A stretch of 64,000 nt of DNA from Fimbriimonadales bacterium (GCA_038207365.1 JBBQZV010000012.1:30260-94259), one strand, 5' to 3'. Counted from the stretch's first letter, positions 39,255 to 49,727 are shown. Notes: generated from the letters alone by a model not told the origin. Translations and numbers: made by a program.

Positions 39255-39820
39255 TTACTCTCGGGTTCGTGGCCCACGTCCTTCCGAGTGATCGACAACA
39301 ACCATCGTTTCGTTTCATTGGGGGATTGCAGCCGGATAAGTGGTGGGGACGAAGACGACCCTTCCCAAGACCGAATACGCGCACGCTTTCTGCTGAAGGA
39401 CTGGAAATGCCAGAGGATAATCGACTTTCGAGAGAACAACATCCATACCGTTTCGCGGTTCCCATTACAAATGGGCTTACCATCGACCAGACGCATTAGC
39501 GAACGGCGCACCAACCAACCTAGTGAAATGAGTCGAGGATAATCCAGGGCAACAATGCAATCGGCATTATTGACTGGAACGTCGAGCCACACACCGTAGG
39601 CCGAATCGAGTATCCAGGAGTCTCCCTGACAAATAGCCTGAATTCGCTTTCGTTGCTCATCTGGTGGAACGGGCACCCAGTTGGCTTCAAAAGTAAGATC
39701 ATCAACGGAGTGGTAAGGAACGCCCAGGACATTGCTCAATTGTTTTGCTAGAGTTGACTTGCCCGTCCCGGTCACGCCGTAAACGAGGATTCTTTTACAT
39801 GGCGTTCCATTGACCTTCAC
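39251..39820 (-). CDS. P-loop NTPase, adenylate-kinase-like small kinase
   Basis: Walker A ILVYGVTGTGKSTLAKQL. Overlaps the downstream APH-like gene by 4 bp. Confidence 0.55.
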   Translation of the reverse strand: MKVNGTPCKRILVYGVTGTGKSTLAKQLSNVLGVPYHSVDDLTFEANWVPVPPDEQRKRIQAICQGDSWILDSAYGVWLDVPVNNADCIVALDYPRLISLGWLVRRSLMRLVDGKPICNGNRETVWMLFSRKSIILWHFQSFSRKRARIRSWEGSSSSPPLIRLQSPNETKRWLLSITRKDVGHEPESK

Positions 39821-39979
39821 TGGAGACTATTTTACAGCGCGTAGCGTCTTGCGACCTGTTGAACTAAGTTATTGGCGTTCATTCCACTACGACTCTTTTT
39901 TCCGTTACGTGAACCTTCGGCATCACGCATTTCTACTTCAGATTTGAGTCATCAGCAGGTTTCCGGGTAAGAATGGCGT

Positions 39980-40882
39980 ATGCCCGAAACTTTGCTGGCG
40001 GATTTGACTCGATTCATCTATGGAACGACTCGTCTGGGCGACGAATCAACATCGTTTGAAGAGCGCGTTCGAATAGCCAGAGAGGCCATTGACGCGGGAC
40101 TGTGGATCCACACAAGCCATTCTTACGGAGATGCCCTTAAAGTCTTGCGTGCCGCTTTCGATGTCGATCGCACGAAGGTTCCCTCAACTATCTTCAAGAT
40201 CGGATGGGATTCAGTTGACCAGATTCGAGATGTGATTAAGCAAAACCTTGGCCCGGTCAAGATAGACAAAATGTCCATTGGCCAGCTTTGTCTTGGCGGT
40301 GCCCTCGCTGAAGACTTTCGAATGGGAGGCAGTTCCATTTCGGCGCTCAACCAACTAAAGGAAGAAGGGTTGGCAGACCGTTATGTGCTGGAACTGTGGC
40401 CGTGGAATTCATCTGTGGCCCTCGACGCTCTGCGTTCCGACAATGCTCGCCGCTTGGTAGATGGCTTTATTTTTTATCTGAATCCGTTGCAAAGATTTAT
40501 TACAAACGAACTCTGGGACATGGCTACGGAGAGGGATGTCTCCTTTGTGGCCATGCGCACAGTTTGCGGAGGATCCGTCCACCGTTTGGCACAGAGTTCC
40601 GAAGCGCCGGAATACTTAAGGCTACGGGCCAATGCAATGATTCCGATCTTCGAAAGGTCCGAATGCACGTCCTGGACCGAGTTCTGTGTGCGGTTTATTG
40701 TGGGCATTCCTCAGGTTCAATCGACGGTGGGTTCCACCCTACATACCGCAAACCTCAATGAATTCTTAATGCAAACTGCAGACCCTAAACCTCTTGATGC
40801 TGGTATTCAAGAAGAGATCCTTAGCTTGCAACGAAATTGGTCTGACGAGCACGATCGATTCGCAAAGCCTTGGTCCATGTAG
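39980..40882 (+). CDS. Aldo/keto reductase-like oxidoreductase
   Basis: YGTTRLGDE...AIDAGLWIHTSHSYGDA resembles the AKR LGTxxFG...DTAxxYG pattern and a TIM-barrel length. The assignment is tentative. Confidence 0.4.
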   Translation: MPETLLADLTRFIYGTTRLGDESTSFEERVRIAREAIDAGLWIHTSHSYGDALKVLRAAFDVDRTKVPSTIFKIGWDSVDQIRDVIKQNLGPVKIDKMSIGQLCLGGALAEDFRMGGSSISALNQLKEEGLADRYVLELWPWNSSVALDALRSDNARRLVDGFIFYLNPLQRFITNELWDMATERDVSFVAMRTVCGGSVHRLAQSSEAPEYLRLRANAMIPIFERSECTSWTEFCVRFIVGIPQVQSTVGSTLHTANLNEFLMQTADPKPLDAGIQEEILSLQRNWSDEHDRFAKPWSM

Positions 40883-40888
40883 CCTCAT

Positions 40889-41341
40889 ATGAACATCGAA
40901 GAACTAGTCGACGCTTGGCACGTTAGTAACATCGTAAACCTTGAACTCCTAGACCTCATCCAGGACGAGCAACTTGATCTGAAGCCTTTGAAGGGTAAGA
41001 CCATACGATCTAATTTCGTGCACATTATCGGCGTCAGAGCACAATGGATCTCGGAGAAAATTCCCGAGGATGCCGTGCCAATGCCCAAGCTCGATTGGAA
41101 AACAGCCTCCCGAGACGAGATCAAAAGTGGGCTATCAGAAACTTGTGTCCTGATGGAGCGGCGGTTCAGATTGCTTGCTTCAAAGCCAAGTACGGGCAAA
41201 AACCCATTGCTCGTGCATTTTGCTTATTGCATTGCCCACGAGGCAAACCATCGCGGTCAAATTGAGATGGCCCTTCGAATTAACGATCAGGAGTTAAGTG
41301 TCAAAGGGCTATATGGTCTGTGGGACTGGCACAAAAAGTAG
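40889..41341 (+). CDS. DinB_2/YfiT-like metal-dependent protein
   Basis: Four-helix DinB fold with the His triad region HIIGVRAQW...AHEANHRGQIEMAL. Confidence 0.65.
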   Translation: MNIEELVDAWHVSNIVNLELLDLIQDEQLDLKPLKGKTIRSNFVHIIGVRAQWISEKIPEDAVPMPKLDWKTASRDEIKSGLSETCVLMERRFRLLASKPSTGKNPLLVHFAYCIAHEANHRGQIEMALRINDQELSVKGLYGLWDWHKK

Positions 41342-41884
41342 CTAGTGGCCGGCCTGAGTCGGCTTACCCATTCGAGGCGCCGCCTTGAGGGGTTTACCAT
41401 CTATAAGAACCGCGCTTGAGATAACTCGGGAACTCTTGAGCATCCACGACTTGCTGGATTTCTCCCAGATGTTCTCTGAGACAGCTTTTTGGTCGATCTT
41501 GTGAGTCTTGCCATCGTCGAGAGGAACACTCGCTTTGAATGTGCCATGCATGATGACTTTGGCTTGACTTCCGGTAACTTTGCACTCGATTACTTGGCGA
41601 GTAAGTTCCACGTTTGATGCGGTTAACATTTGCCGCTTGATCGTCGATAAATAGTGCACGCGATCGTTCGTCTTCCCGCCACCATCAACGGCCTTGAAAT
41701 CGGCAGCATAGAACTTCGAATAGCCATCAATGTCCTTTTTCTTGAATGCCGCATTCATCGCCAAGTAGTTTGCTTGAATCTGTTTTTGGACCGTGTCGGC
41801 AGCTGCCAAAACAGATAGCCCTATCAGCGAGAATCCCACTAGTAGTGGTCGAAAGAATTTCATAAGTGGCATGTTACCAATCAA
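41342..41884 (-). CDS. Secreted NTF2-like (SnoaL/DUF4440-type) protein
   Basis: Signal peptide plus IQANYLAMNAAFKKKDIDGYSKFYAADFKAVD, typical of NTF2-like proteins. Confidence 0.5.
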   Translation of the reverse strand: MIGNMPLMKFFRPLLVGFSLIGLSVLAAADTVQKQIQANYLAMNAAFKKKDIDGYSKFYAADFKAVDGGGKTNDRVHYLSTIKRQMLTASNVELTRQVIECKVTGSQAKVIMHGTFKASVPLDDGKTHKIDQKAVSENIWEKSSKSWMLKSSRVISSAVLIDGKPLKAAPRMGKPTQAGH

Positions 41885-41921
41885 AGACGGATTTCCCGCT
41901 ATTTCACGTTCTCTGTTGGCG

Positions 41922-44657
41922 TTACTTCTTGAGGAACGGATCGAGTTCCCATCCTTTCGATATAACCAGATCCTTTTTGCGAGAACTTGGCGTTACATCC
42001 AAGCTAATGATCCGTCCGCCACTTGTTTTACAGTGGACAACGGTGTTTCCTGGAGCGTGGAGTTTGAAGTCTACGTCCCACACTTTTGGCCATGACGGGA
42101 GCAACCTTATTGTCCCACCCTCTGCGATCGGCTCTGCTTGTAATAACATGAGATGGGTCGTATTGAGCAGGTTTCCACCGTGATTCTGGTCAGGAAGCCA
42201 ATCAAAGTTCGGACCCCATGTTGCGGGCCACCTGTAATTTGGATTTGAATTGGCGCACTTCGCCATTAGGATACGGCTCGCCTCGGAGGTCAAACCTAAG
42301 AGAGCGGCAACGTTTCCGTCGTACCCCCATCCAACATCCAAGTGATTGAGCCGATGATTGTATGCGGCGATTGCCTCATTCAGTAATGCCGGATGTCCCA
42401 AAGTGGTGACTTGAAACGGCCAGACTCCGTACAACTCTCCATTCTCAACATTCGAAATTTCGTTTTTGAACTTCTGTGCCGGAGCGAGCATTCTTGTACC
42501 GTCGACGGTCTGAATCGGAAGGTCTGGACATTCCGTTCGCATATGGCGGAAAAAGGTCATCGACCTAGTGTCCACGACATCCTCAGGCAATTCGCAGAGA
42601 CGTTTGGTCGTTGCAATCAGCCCGGCGGTGGTCGGCATATCGTTGATGACGCCGTGCCAATAGGTCTCCACGACTTGGGTCGGGTCCAGGATGATTTTCC
42701 CCTGACCGTCCTTTGCGAACCTAGTTTCGAAATACTTGAGGACTGAGATCGCCATCGGCACCAAACGATTCTTCAGGAAGACCTTATCTCGGGCGTACTC
42801 CCAGCGGTCAAGCATAAGCGCTACAAGTTCTGGACCCTGATTCCAAGCATATTGCCAGTAAGCACAATCGACATCTTTGGGCTGATGACCTGCCCGGTTC
42901 CACCCATAATCTCCCCCCGAGTAGGTTCCGAACACGGTCATTGTTTCAGGGAAGTAAGCGCCCTGAGCCCCATGATAGACTCTGGTTCTCGATTCAGCTA
43001 GTGGCATGGCTGCTTCATAGAGTCTGAAGAATGGCTCCATCATTTCGATGTCGCCTGAGGCCAGCATCGGATGATACATGTGCCGAACGTTTTGGAACCA
43101 ATGACAGTCGCCCCAGTTTCTCCAGTCCGGAGTCGAATCGCGACCCATCTTTGTTGGCTCGACAGTGAAATATCCACCATTGAATTTGATCGGATACAAT
43201 CCCCGTCCCTGACAGGCCTGGACATAGCGCTGGAGAATGTAACCACGGCTGATCGAAGAACTTTTTTCGGGCTTGTAACTTGCAACCTGTTTGCCATCCA
43301 AATAGATGGCGGCTTCTCCACTGTGAGCGTCATAGGTAGCCGCTACGTGATAGTTTCCATTCTGCTTGAGACACTTGGGAGCTGTTAAGGTCAGTTTGCC
43401 AACAATAAGCCGTAAGCCGTCTCCAGGATGGTTATCAAAGAGAAATCCATCTTCCTGGCCTGCGGTGAGCCAGTCAAAGATTCGGCCCGGGACCTTCTTG
43501 TTAACGTGAATTCGAGCAGATAAGGTGAAGCCCTTCGCGAAATCCAAGTTGATGGGCCTCATCTCTAGAGGCATGCTTATTTTTGAAGCGGTCAAATGCT
43601 CGGCTTCGCTGCGAGTCATCGGTTCTAAAAGACATCGCCACTCAGATATTTGACCTGGAAACAGATTCCCTCCGTTCGAATCGACTCCCTTGCGCAGTTC
43701 GAAGTGATTCTTGGGAACACTTCGGTTCGGTGAATCTCCCGATACGAAAACCCACGAGCGCTCCCAAAACCCATGCCACCAAGCCTCTGTTTCAGCTTGG
43801 GCAGTCGGGCGTCGGCCGAGCGCACTGACTTTAGTTAATTCTGACTTCCACGCCTTGACCGACCCGGTCACAGCAGTGCATGTGGCAATTTGTAAGTCAA
43901 AACTTCGGATGGGACCCTTTGATTGAATCTCACGCTCGCCAGATCGACTGAACCCTTTGCCTTCAAGGCTGCCGCCAAACGTTCGGTGTAAGAGCGGGTC
44001 GAATGTGCCAGCTAGACCTGTGAGACTTTGGTTTTCCCAGATTTTTGGGACGACCGAGTTTTCATTGCGGTGGTACCAAGTGACATCCGTTTTTGAACTC
44101 AGTTCGCTTTCAAAGACATCGGCAGACTCAACAAGCGGAAATGGAGCATCGTGAACGGACCAAGCAGAAATCTGTTCGTTCTTCGGGAGCGTACGAGCGG
44201 CATTTCGCCAACAAATGACCGTCGCCGTTACGGTAGAGGGCACTGGAGAATTGCCCTTGACACGGATCGTATTGCTCTGAGTATCGACATACAGGCTCAA
44301 CTTGGCCCCATTGCCGGAAACATCGATTCTTCCGTCATGTAGGGACAGGACGTGCTTAAAGTCTTTGGCACCCAAGAATGGGTTGGGGTCAAGATGAATC
44401 CTGATGCCTCCCAACTTCAAGATCCTGGAGATTTCGGAGAGCGAATCCGTTCTACCGATGTAGAACAACAAATCGCCAGTTTTAGCCTCTACCCAAACGT
44501 TAAGTACAACTTCTCCATTACCAATTGGCATGGAACCAGACGCGTCGATTGAGGGCGTCGTCCAAATGACATTGTTCTTTTCAAGTTCAATCTGGGGAAG
44601 ATGCATCACATTGGATGTTAGTGCGGTCAGGGTTGCTACGAGGAAGTATAGGGCCAT
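41922..44657 (-). CDS. Large secreted putative glycoside hydrolase ((alpha/alpha)6-barrel, GH95-like, with N-terminal beta-sandwich domains)
   Basis: Signal peptide, 911 aa, Trp/Tyr-rich central barrel-like region (WRNWGDCHWFQNVRHMYHPML...YWQYAWNQGPE). The family assignment is tentative. Confidence 0.4.
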   Translation of the reverse strand: MALYFLVATLTALTSNVMHLPQIELEKNNVIWTTPSIDASGSMPIGNGEVVLNVWVEAKTGDLLFYIGRTDSLSEISRILKLGGIRIHLDPNPFLGAKDFKHVLSLHDGRIDVSGNGAKLSLYVDTQSNTIRVKGNSPVPSTVTATVICWRNAARTLPKNEQISAWSVHDAPFPLVESADVFESELSSKTDVTWYHRNENSVVPKIWENQSLTGLAGTFDPLLHRTFGGSLEGKGFSRSGEREIQSKGPIRSFDLQIATCTAVTGSVKAWKSELTKVSALGRRPTAQAETEAWWHGFWERSWVFVSGDSPNRSVPKNHFELRKGVDSNGGNLFPGQISEWRCLLEPMTRSEAEHLTASKISMPLEMRPINLDFAKGFTLSARIHVNKKVPGRIFDWLTAGQEDGFLFDNHPGDGLRLIVGKLTLTAPKCLKQNGNYHVAATYDAHSGEAAIYLDGKQVASYKPEKSSSISRGYILQRYVQACQGRGLYPIKFNGGYFTVEPTKMGRDSTPDWRNWGDCHWFQNVRHMYHPMLASGDIEMMEPFFRLYEAAMPLAESRTRVYHGAQGAYFPETMTVFGTYSGGDYGWNRAGHQPKDVDCAYWQYAWNQGPELVALMLDRWEYARDKVFLKNRLVPMAISVLKYFETRFAKDGQGKIILDPTQVVETYWHGVINDMPTTAGLIATTKRLCELPEDVVDTRSMTFFRHMRTECPDLPIQTVDGTRMLAPAQKFKNEISNVENGELYGVWPFQVTTLGHPALLNEAIAAYNHRLNHLDVGWGYDGNVAALLGLTSEASRILMAKCANSNPNYRWPATWGPNFDWLPDQNHGGNLLNTTHLMLLQAEPIAEGGTIRLLPSWPKVWDVDFKLHAPGNTVVHCKTSGGRIISLDVTPSSRKKDLVISKGWELDPFLKK

Positions 44658-44771
44658 GATGAGGAATTTTTGGTGGCAGGGATCGAGGACTCAAAAGCAT
44701 TTGCTGATTCACGTCTTAGTTTTCCTAGGACGTGATCAGCAAAAGAGTGTTCGAGCGATGGTCAAATCTCA

Positions 44772-45755
44772 TTAAAACCGGTCTAATCTAAGGAATCGAG
44801 CTTCGGGCAGCGAGAACAGAGAAACCAGCCGAGACATTGGCCAACTTCTGCTGATGGGCCTAACCATGGCTCTTAATTCGTCTAGCTCATCCACCTGGGA
44901 GAACATTGACTCGAGAACTTGTCGCGCCTCTAGCATAATAGGCGCAGTTACAACAAGACGGTTTTGTTGTTGCGAACCCATCCAACTGGCAACAGATTCG
45001 ATGATATTCTGAAACTTCAAAATTGAAGCAACTGGCATACCCCATTCTTCCAGAGTGACGTGGGAATCATCAACACGAACAATCGCATACGAATCTTCAC
45101 CGGTAAATACCACCTTATTCACGATTCGCTGCGGGATTTTATACTTCCAGTCAAGTTCGCCACGAATCTGAGAAACGGGAGATACAAAGCTTGCTTCACA
45201 CATCATCCTAAGTCGCTCAAGGTCCGGTGGATTTTGGACTACGATGTCGGAATGCGAATCGACGACCTGACCATTCGGGACATTAACTGCTAGGAAGTTT
45301 CTATGAATGGGGCGCCACCCGAATTGCTCGAAAAAGCTCGGGATTCCTGTATACAACAGTGACCAAGAGCATCCTGCCGCTCTCATGTCGTCGTAGGCGG
45401 CTTTGATAAGTTTGGAAGCAAACCCACGATGCCGATATTCCGGAAGCGTAGCCACATTTGCTATTCCACCTACGTGCACCGCATTAACATTTTCATCGCG
45501 CAATGTCAGAATATAGAGTTGAGCTGAAGAGACTATTTTGCTATCGCACTCTATAACGAACGTTCGCCTTTTGACTGGGGCGCATGACCAGTACATCGAT
45601 GTAAATTCGTCAGGACTTGCCTGTAAAACCTCGGTCCAAAGCTCAAGCAGCGCTTGAAGTTCATTCTCTTCGGCAATACGCAGCTTGAACTCGTTACTCA
45701 ACTCGTAACGATTTTCGCACATCTTAGCGAATACCCGCATTTGTACGTGCGCCAA
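44772..45755 (-). CDS. GNAT-family acetyltransferase with C-terminal extension (Eis-like)
   Basis: VHVGGIANVATLPEYRHRGFASKLIKAAY acetyl-CoA motif; C-terminal domain of about 150 aa. Confidence 0.6.
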   Translation of the reverse strand: MAHVQMRVFAKMCENRYELSNEFKLRIAEENELQALLELWTEVLQASPDEFTSMYWSCAPVKRRTFVIECDSKIVSSAQLYILTLRDENVNAVHVGGIANVATLPEYRHRGFASKLIKAAYDDMRAAGCSWSLLYTGIPSFFEQFGWRPIHRNFLAVNVPNGQVVDSHSDIVVQNPPDLERLRMMCEASFVSPVSQIRGELDWKYKIPQRIVNKVVFTGEDSYAIVRVDDSHVTLEEWGMPVASILKFQNIIESVASWMGSQQQNRLVVTAPIMLEARQVLESMFSQVDELDELRAMVRPISRSWPMSRLVSLFSLPEARFLRLDRF

Positions 45756-45909
45756 AAGACCCGGAATGAACCTAGAGCGCGGAGGAGGAGGCGACTTTTG
45801 TGGTTGTCAATTTGATGAATTGCCGTCCCCTTGTTAATCGCACAGCACTTGTGGACGGTTTGACCCAACTTTGCCAACGCAACCAAATTCGTAAACGTAC
45901 AATGAATTT

Positions 45910-46521
45910 ATGAACCGGAATTTGTTGTCGATACCCGTCGCCATTTTGAGCGCTTCCCTAGTCAGCCAATCGTTTGCTTCTGGCAAGGTTTTCGACATAG
46001 ACAATCAAAAACTTGCTTACCGCAATATCGCATCCATCGAGAGCGTCGCTGACTTTGAGACCTTTACCGGGAAGACCAACTCCGTGAGTGGTTCCATCAG
46101 CTTTGATCCAGCGACCAAGAAAGGCAGTGGGAAGATCATTATCGATCCATCCACGATTGACACAGGCATTCCTCTTCGAAATGAGCACATGAAGAGTTCG
46201 GGTTGGCTCGACACGCAAAAGTATCCCCAGATCGTGTTCGAAACGATTAAGGTTCAACCGTTGCGCGGAGACGACTACCGAGTCACCGGTAATTTCACGC
46301 TACATGGTGTTACGAAGAAAATTACAACTACGGTTAGGCTCCGTTACAGGGCCCAAGGCCAAGCAACCAAACTGGCTGGCTTTTCGGGTGATGTCGTTCA
46401 ACTCTCGACCAAATTCGAGATTTCACTGAATGACTATGGAATCAAGATTCCAGCAATGTCCGCAGGAAAAGTCGCCAAAGAGGTTACCGTTAGTTTAAGC
46501 ACATATGCGATTGCCAAGTAA
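45910..46521 (+). CDS. YceI-family polyisoprenoid-binding periplasmic protein
   Basis: Signal peptide and YceI consensus (FDPATKKGSG...IDTGIPLRNEHMKSS...FTLHGVTKKI). Confidence 0.8.
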   Translation: MNRNLLSIPVAILSASLVSQSFASGKVFDIDNQKLAYRNIASIESVADFETFTGKTNSVSGSISFDPATKKGSGKIIIDPSTIDTGIPLRNEHMKSSGWLDTQKYPQIVFETIKVQPLRGDDYRVTGNFTLHGVTKKITTTVRLRYRAQGQATKLAGFSGDVVQLSTKFEISLNDYGIKIPAMSAGKVAKEVTVSLSTYAIAK

Positions 46522-46915
46522 GGCTCGTAGAGCTTTCTTTTGGATCGGGACGGCCTGCGCGGTTGTCTCGATCACTACACTTTTTGCCGCACCTAATGTG
46601 CGCCAAACCTATGCAAGTAAGGCTGTACTCACACAAATTGTGCAGGTCGATCCTGCTGGCGAGTCTCTCTTTGGGGATGGCGCTACACCCATTGGCTCCC
46701 CGCAATTGATGATTATCGACGACCCGAAAGCGGTCGTTCCTGCGAAAGGAACTTCGGACGTCTGTCAGGTGGATGACGGGTATCTCAAAAAGAATAATAT
46801 CTACCCGCTACAACTGAAAACGGTGGACTTTTTTGTTCACTGGGCAAACATGATCAGTGTCGTCGGTCTTATTTTCGGCTTGATTCTCTCGGTGCAGTTC
46901 CGAAAGAAATCTTGA
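46505..46915 (+). CDS. Hypothetical membrane protein (N- and C-terminal TM segments)
   Basis: Overlaps the yceI end by 17 bp. Has two hydrophobic segments. Confidence 0.35.
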   Translation: MRLPSKARRAFFWIGTACAVVSITTLFAAPNVRQTYASKAVLTQIVQVDPAGESLFGDGATPIGSPQLMIIDDPKAVVPAKGTSDVCQVDDGYLKKNNIYPLQLKTVDFFVHWANMISVVGLIFGLILSVQFRKKS

Positions 46916-46946
46916 AACCACCCACTTACAGGTGGTTTCAATCTTC

Positions 46947-49727
46947 CTAGTTCTTGTTCAAGTACAGAATGCAGTGCTGAATACCAAACTTCTGCATATA
47001 TCCAAGATCGTCAAAATCTCCCATTTCAGCAGATTCAATTCCCGTTCCGTGATAACCCAAGTGGATGAGATTATCGGTTGCCCCTTGTCCTCCATCAATC
47101 CACCTATAGGCGTAAAGGATGTCCCCTCCAAAGAATGCCGCTCCTACGGTTGATCGGCTGTTACTCCACTCGTCGTAATACCGCTTAACCAGCCAGCCGC
47201 CCTGAACGTGCCCCCCCGAAATCTTCTTGTCTGAGATGGTTTCTGCGACGTAACCGCATGCCCAGGGAGATTCCTTTCCGTGATCACCGAGCGTAAAGTA
47301 GTAAATCTTTCCGTCCTTACCATGTCGCTTGTCGGCGTCAAAGAGAACGGTGGGACGTGAGCGACCCCGTACCGAACCTTTTTCCCCCTCGATCCACTCC
47401 ATCCCAGCGCTCACGAAGGCATCGTTCCTGAGAATATATTTGCGAATCTGCCAACGCGAAAGACGCTTGTCATCTTGGTCCTGCGCCATCCCAAGAATAA
47501 GCTGGTGATGTATGGTGTCTACAGCGGGCCCGACGGGTACGGTCGACTTGTCTGGGAGTGTCAACGTGGGCCCTGAGCCCCCTTTAATCACTTGATAGGT
47601 CACCGTTTGAGTTGCTGGATTCCAAAGGAAAAGCCATAGCTTATGGTCGTATTCACCAATCGTGGGCACCAATTTGCTGTCGCTAGAAGCAAAGCTCGAG
47701 GTGGAAACATCAATTCCCGAACCAGTGTCACTGACTTCCCTTACGACGATTCCGTCTTTAGTTTGGTAGGCAACTACTATCTTCCCGCCAAAACTCGCAG
47801 CAACGGGATCGCCGATAACACCCCAATAATCGATGGTCTGTTCCTTCTCCCATTCAAAGGGCTTCTTTAGCCGCTTGATGTATAGAGCACCCGGTTTGTC
47901 GGGACCATTAGTCGGGTCAATCTTCGGGTTCGGCGTTCGGGTATCCCTGGTAAAGAGTACATACGCGTGACCCTTGTGAGAAACGATGAACGGCGCACAC
48001 TCAGTCTTGTCAACGTTATCCCGACGCCCAGCAGTAGTGGAGTAAGCGTAGTTTATGTCGGCCTTAACGTGGTGCTCCCCAAAAACTCCGTTCCAGTTCC
48101 AGTCGATGAGCGTAGTCTTGCCGTTGGCTTTAAGGTGGAACCGGTAAGGAGCGTTTTCGAGGAACTTTACTTTCTCATAAGGCAACGGTAATTCTTCGTC
48201 TAGGTCAGATTCTTTGATGAGAACGTTTGCCAGTCGACCATCGCTATAGCCAATATTCTTAATATCCCCGTTAAGCGTATAGCTATATGGGTAATTCATT
48301 AGGCTGGGGAAAACTGGACATCCATCAGAATTGAAGAACCCGTTATGGCTCAACCCAAGTTGATGGCCGAATTCATGGATGAAAGTGGCGTACAGCGCCA
48401 TTCCTCCGCCGCCGCAGCCTCCTCCATCACCCAACTGATCTGCCTGACCTCCGCCACCTCGTCCGATCTGCATCCAATGAACGATTCCCTTCCACTTAGA
48501 AGGCAGAAATTTATCGCGATTGGCCCACCAGGAATTCTTCATGTCCCCACCACTCACTTTGTCAAGGAAGACTGGATGAAGATTCCAGCCGGTGGAGCCA
48601 TCTGAATTCTTTACTGGAAGCGACTTGTAGTAGCCCTTGATCTTGTCGAAAGTGTCTTTTGCGAATTTCTCGTCTACATCTTCAAAGCGAGAAATGAGGC
48701 AAACAAGATCGACCTTTCGCGGGTCACAACTCATGCCGGCAAGATCCAAGCCTCGGATACCCTTTACTTCCCATCCGTCTAGAAGCCCATCTCCGTCCGT
48801 GTCTGGATTGTAAGGGTCCGTGCCCAACTTTGCCTCTTCCACATTCGTCAACCCATCGTGGTCAGAGTCGATCTCGCTGTCGGAGACCGTGCGATAAACC
48901 ATCACATCGTTGGCAGTGTGCTGTTCGTGTCCAAATCGAAATTGGAAAAGGTCAACGTCCCCATCCTTATCTATGTCTCCAGCGCACCAGATCGATGGTG
49001 CAGCCACCAGAGACGAGGTCGGCCTAACCAGGACAGTTCCGTCATTCTTCGACACCGTGTCAACAAAAACGCTGTCGCCAGCGACGACAGCGTTTTGGCC
49101 GGTCAGAACTTTGCCAATCAATTCTGGGCTGGACGAAGCAACGCTGCCACGCTTTACTGTCCCGTCCTGGAATTCAAAGATCCATTGCGAGGACTTGGCC
49201 TCTTGAATGCTAATGGTTCCTGCTGGGGCTCGAAAGTCGGCGGTCGCCTTAGACGTGCCATCAATTCGATAACCTCGGCCGGACTTGACATCCCAAACAA
49301 AGAGGTTTCCACCTAGAACAGCCAATTTCGGGTGAGCAATCTTTGCTGGCAACTTGGCCCAGTCGGGCTTGTCCGTGAACTTTCCACCCTCATCACTAGT
49401 CGCCAGACGAAGCTGGTTACCGCCAAAAGCACCCACCACTGCTGACTGCTTGCCCGTGCCAAGCACACCCACTGCGGCAGCCATACAATCCTTGCCCCAA
49501 TTGGAAAGCGCGCGATCTGGACGACCCGCTTTCATACTTTCACAATTCAGTGAGACATCGATGAATGAGTCGCCATTAGGTTGAACACGAATGAGATCTG
49601 CATAGCCATCTCCATTCATATCAGCAACATATGCCCAAGAACCATCGGGTGCGAATCCAGATGCCCATGGAATGGGAGGTGCAATTAGGGGAGCAGTGAG
49701 GATCGCAAGGGCTGTCACACCGATCAT
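46947..49727 (-). CDS. Secreted zinc metalloprotease (metzincin HEFGHxxGxxH) with FG-GAP/VCBS-like and thrombospondin type-3 Ca-binding repeats
   Basis: Motifs: FIHEFGHQLGLSHNG; MNGDGYADL and DIDKDGDVDLF (FG-GAP); DSDHDGLTNVEE...DTDGDGLLDGWE (TSP3). Confidence 0.7.
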   Translation of the reverse strand: MIGVTALAILTAPLIAPPIPWASGFAPDGSWAYVADMNGDGYADLIRVQPNGDSFIDVSLNCESMKAGRPDRALSNWGKDCMAAAVGVLGTGKQSAVVGAFGGNQLRLATSDEGGKFTDKPDWAKLPAKIAHPKLAVLGGNLFVWDVKSGRGYRIDGTSKATADFRAPAGTISIQEAKSSQWIFEFQDGTVKRGSVASSSPELIGKVLTGQNAVVAGDSVFVDTVSKNDGTVLVRPTSSLVAAPSIWCAGDIDKDGDVDLFQFRFGHEQHTANDVMVYRTVSDSEIDSDHDGLTNVEEAKLGTDPYNPDTDGDGLLDGWEVKGIRGLDLAGMSCDPRKVDLVCLISRFEDVDEKFAKDTFDKIKGYYKSLPVKNSDGSTGWNLHPVFLDKVSGGDMKNSWWANRDKFLPSKWKGIVHWMQIGRGGGGQADQLGDGGGCGGGGMALYATFIHEFGHQLGLSHNGFFNSDGCPVFPSLMNYPYSYTLNGDIKNIGYSDGRLANVLIKESDLDEELPLPYEKVKFLENAPYRFHLKANGKTTLIDWNWNGVFGEHHVKADINYAYSTTAGRRDNVDKTECAPFIVSHKGHAYVLFTRDTRTPNPKIDPTNGPDKPGALYIKRLKKPFEWEKEQTIDYWGVIGDPVAASFGGKIVVAYQTKDGIVVREVSDTGSGIDVSTSSFASSDSKLVPTIGEYDHKLWLFLWNPATQTVTYQVIKGGSGPTLTLPDKSTVPVGPAVDTIHHQLILGMAQDQDDKRLSRWQIRKYILRNDAFVSAGMEWIEGEKGSVRGRSRPTVLFDADKRHGKDGKIYYFTLGDHGKESPWACGYVAETISDKKISGGHVQGGWLVKRYYDEWSNSRSTVGAAFFGGDILYAYRWIDGGQGATDNLIHLGYHGTGIESAEMGDFDDLGYMQKFGIQHCILYLNKN

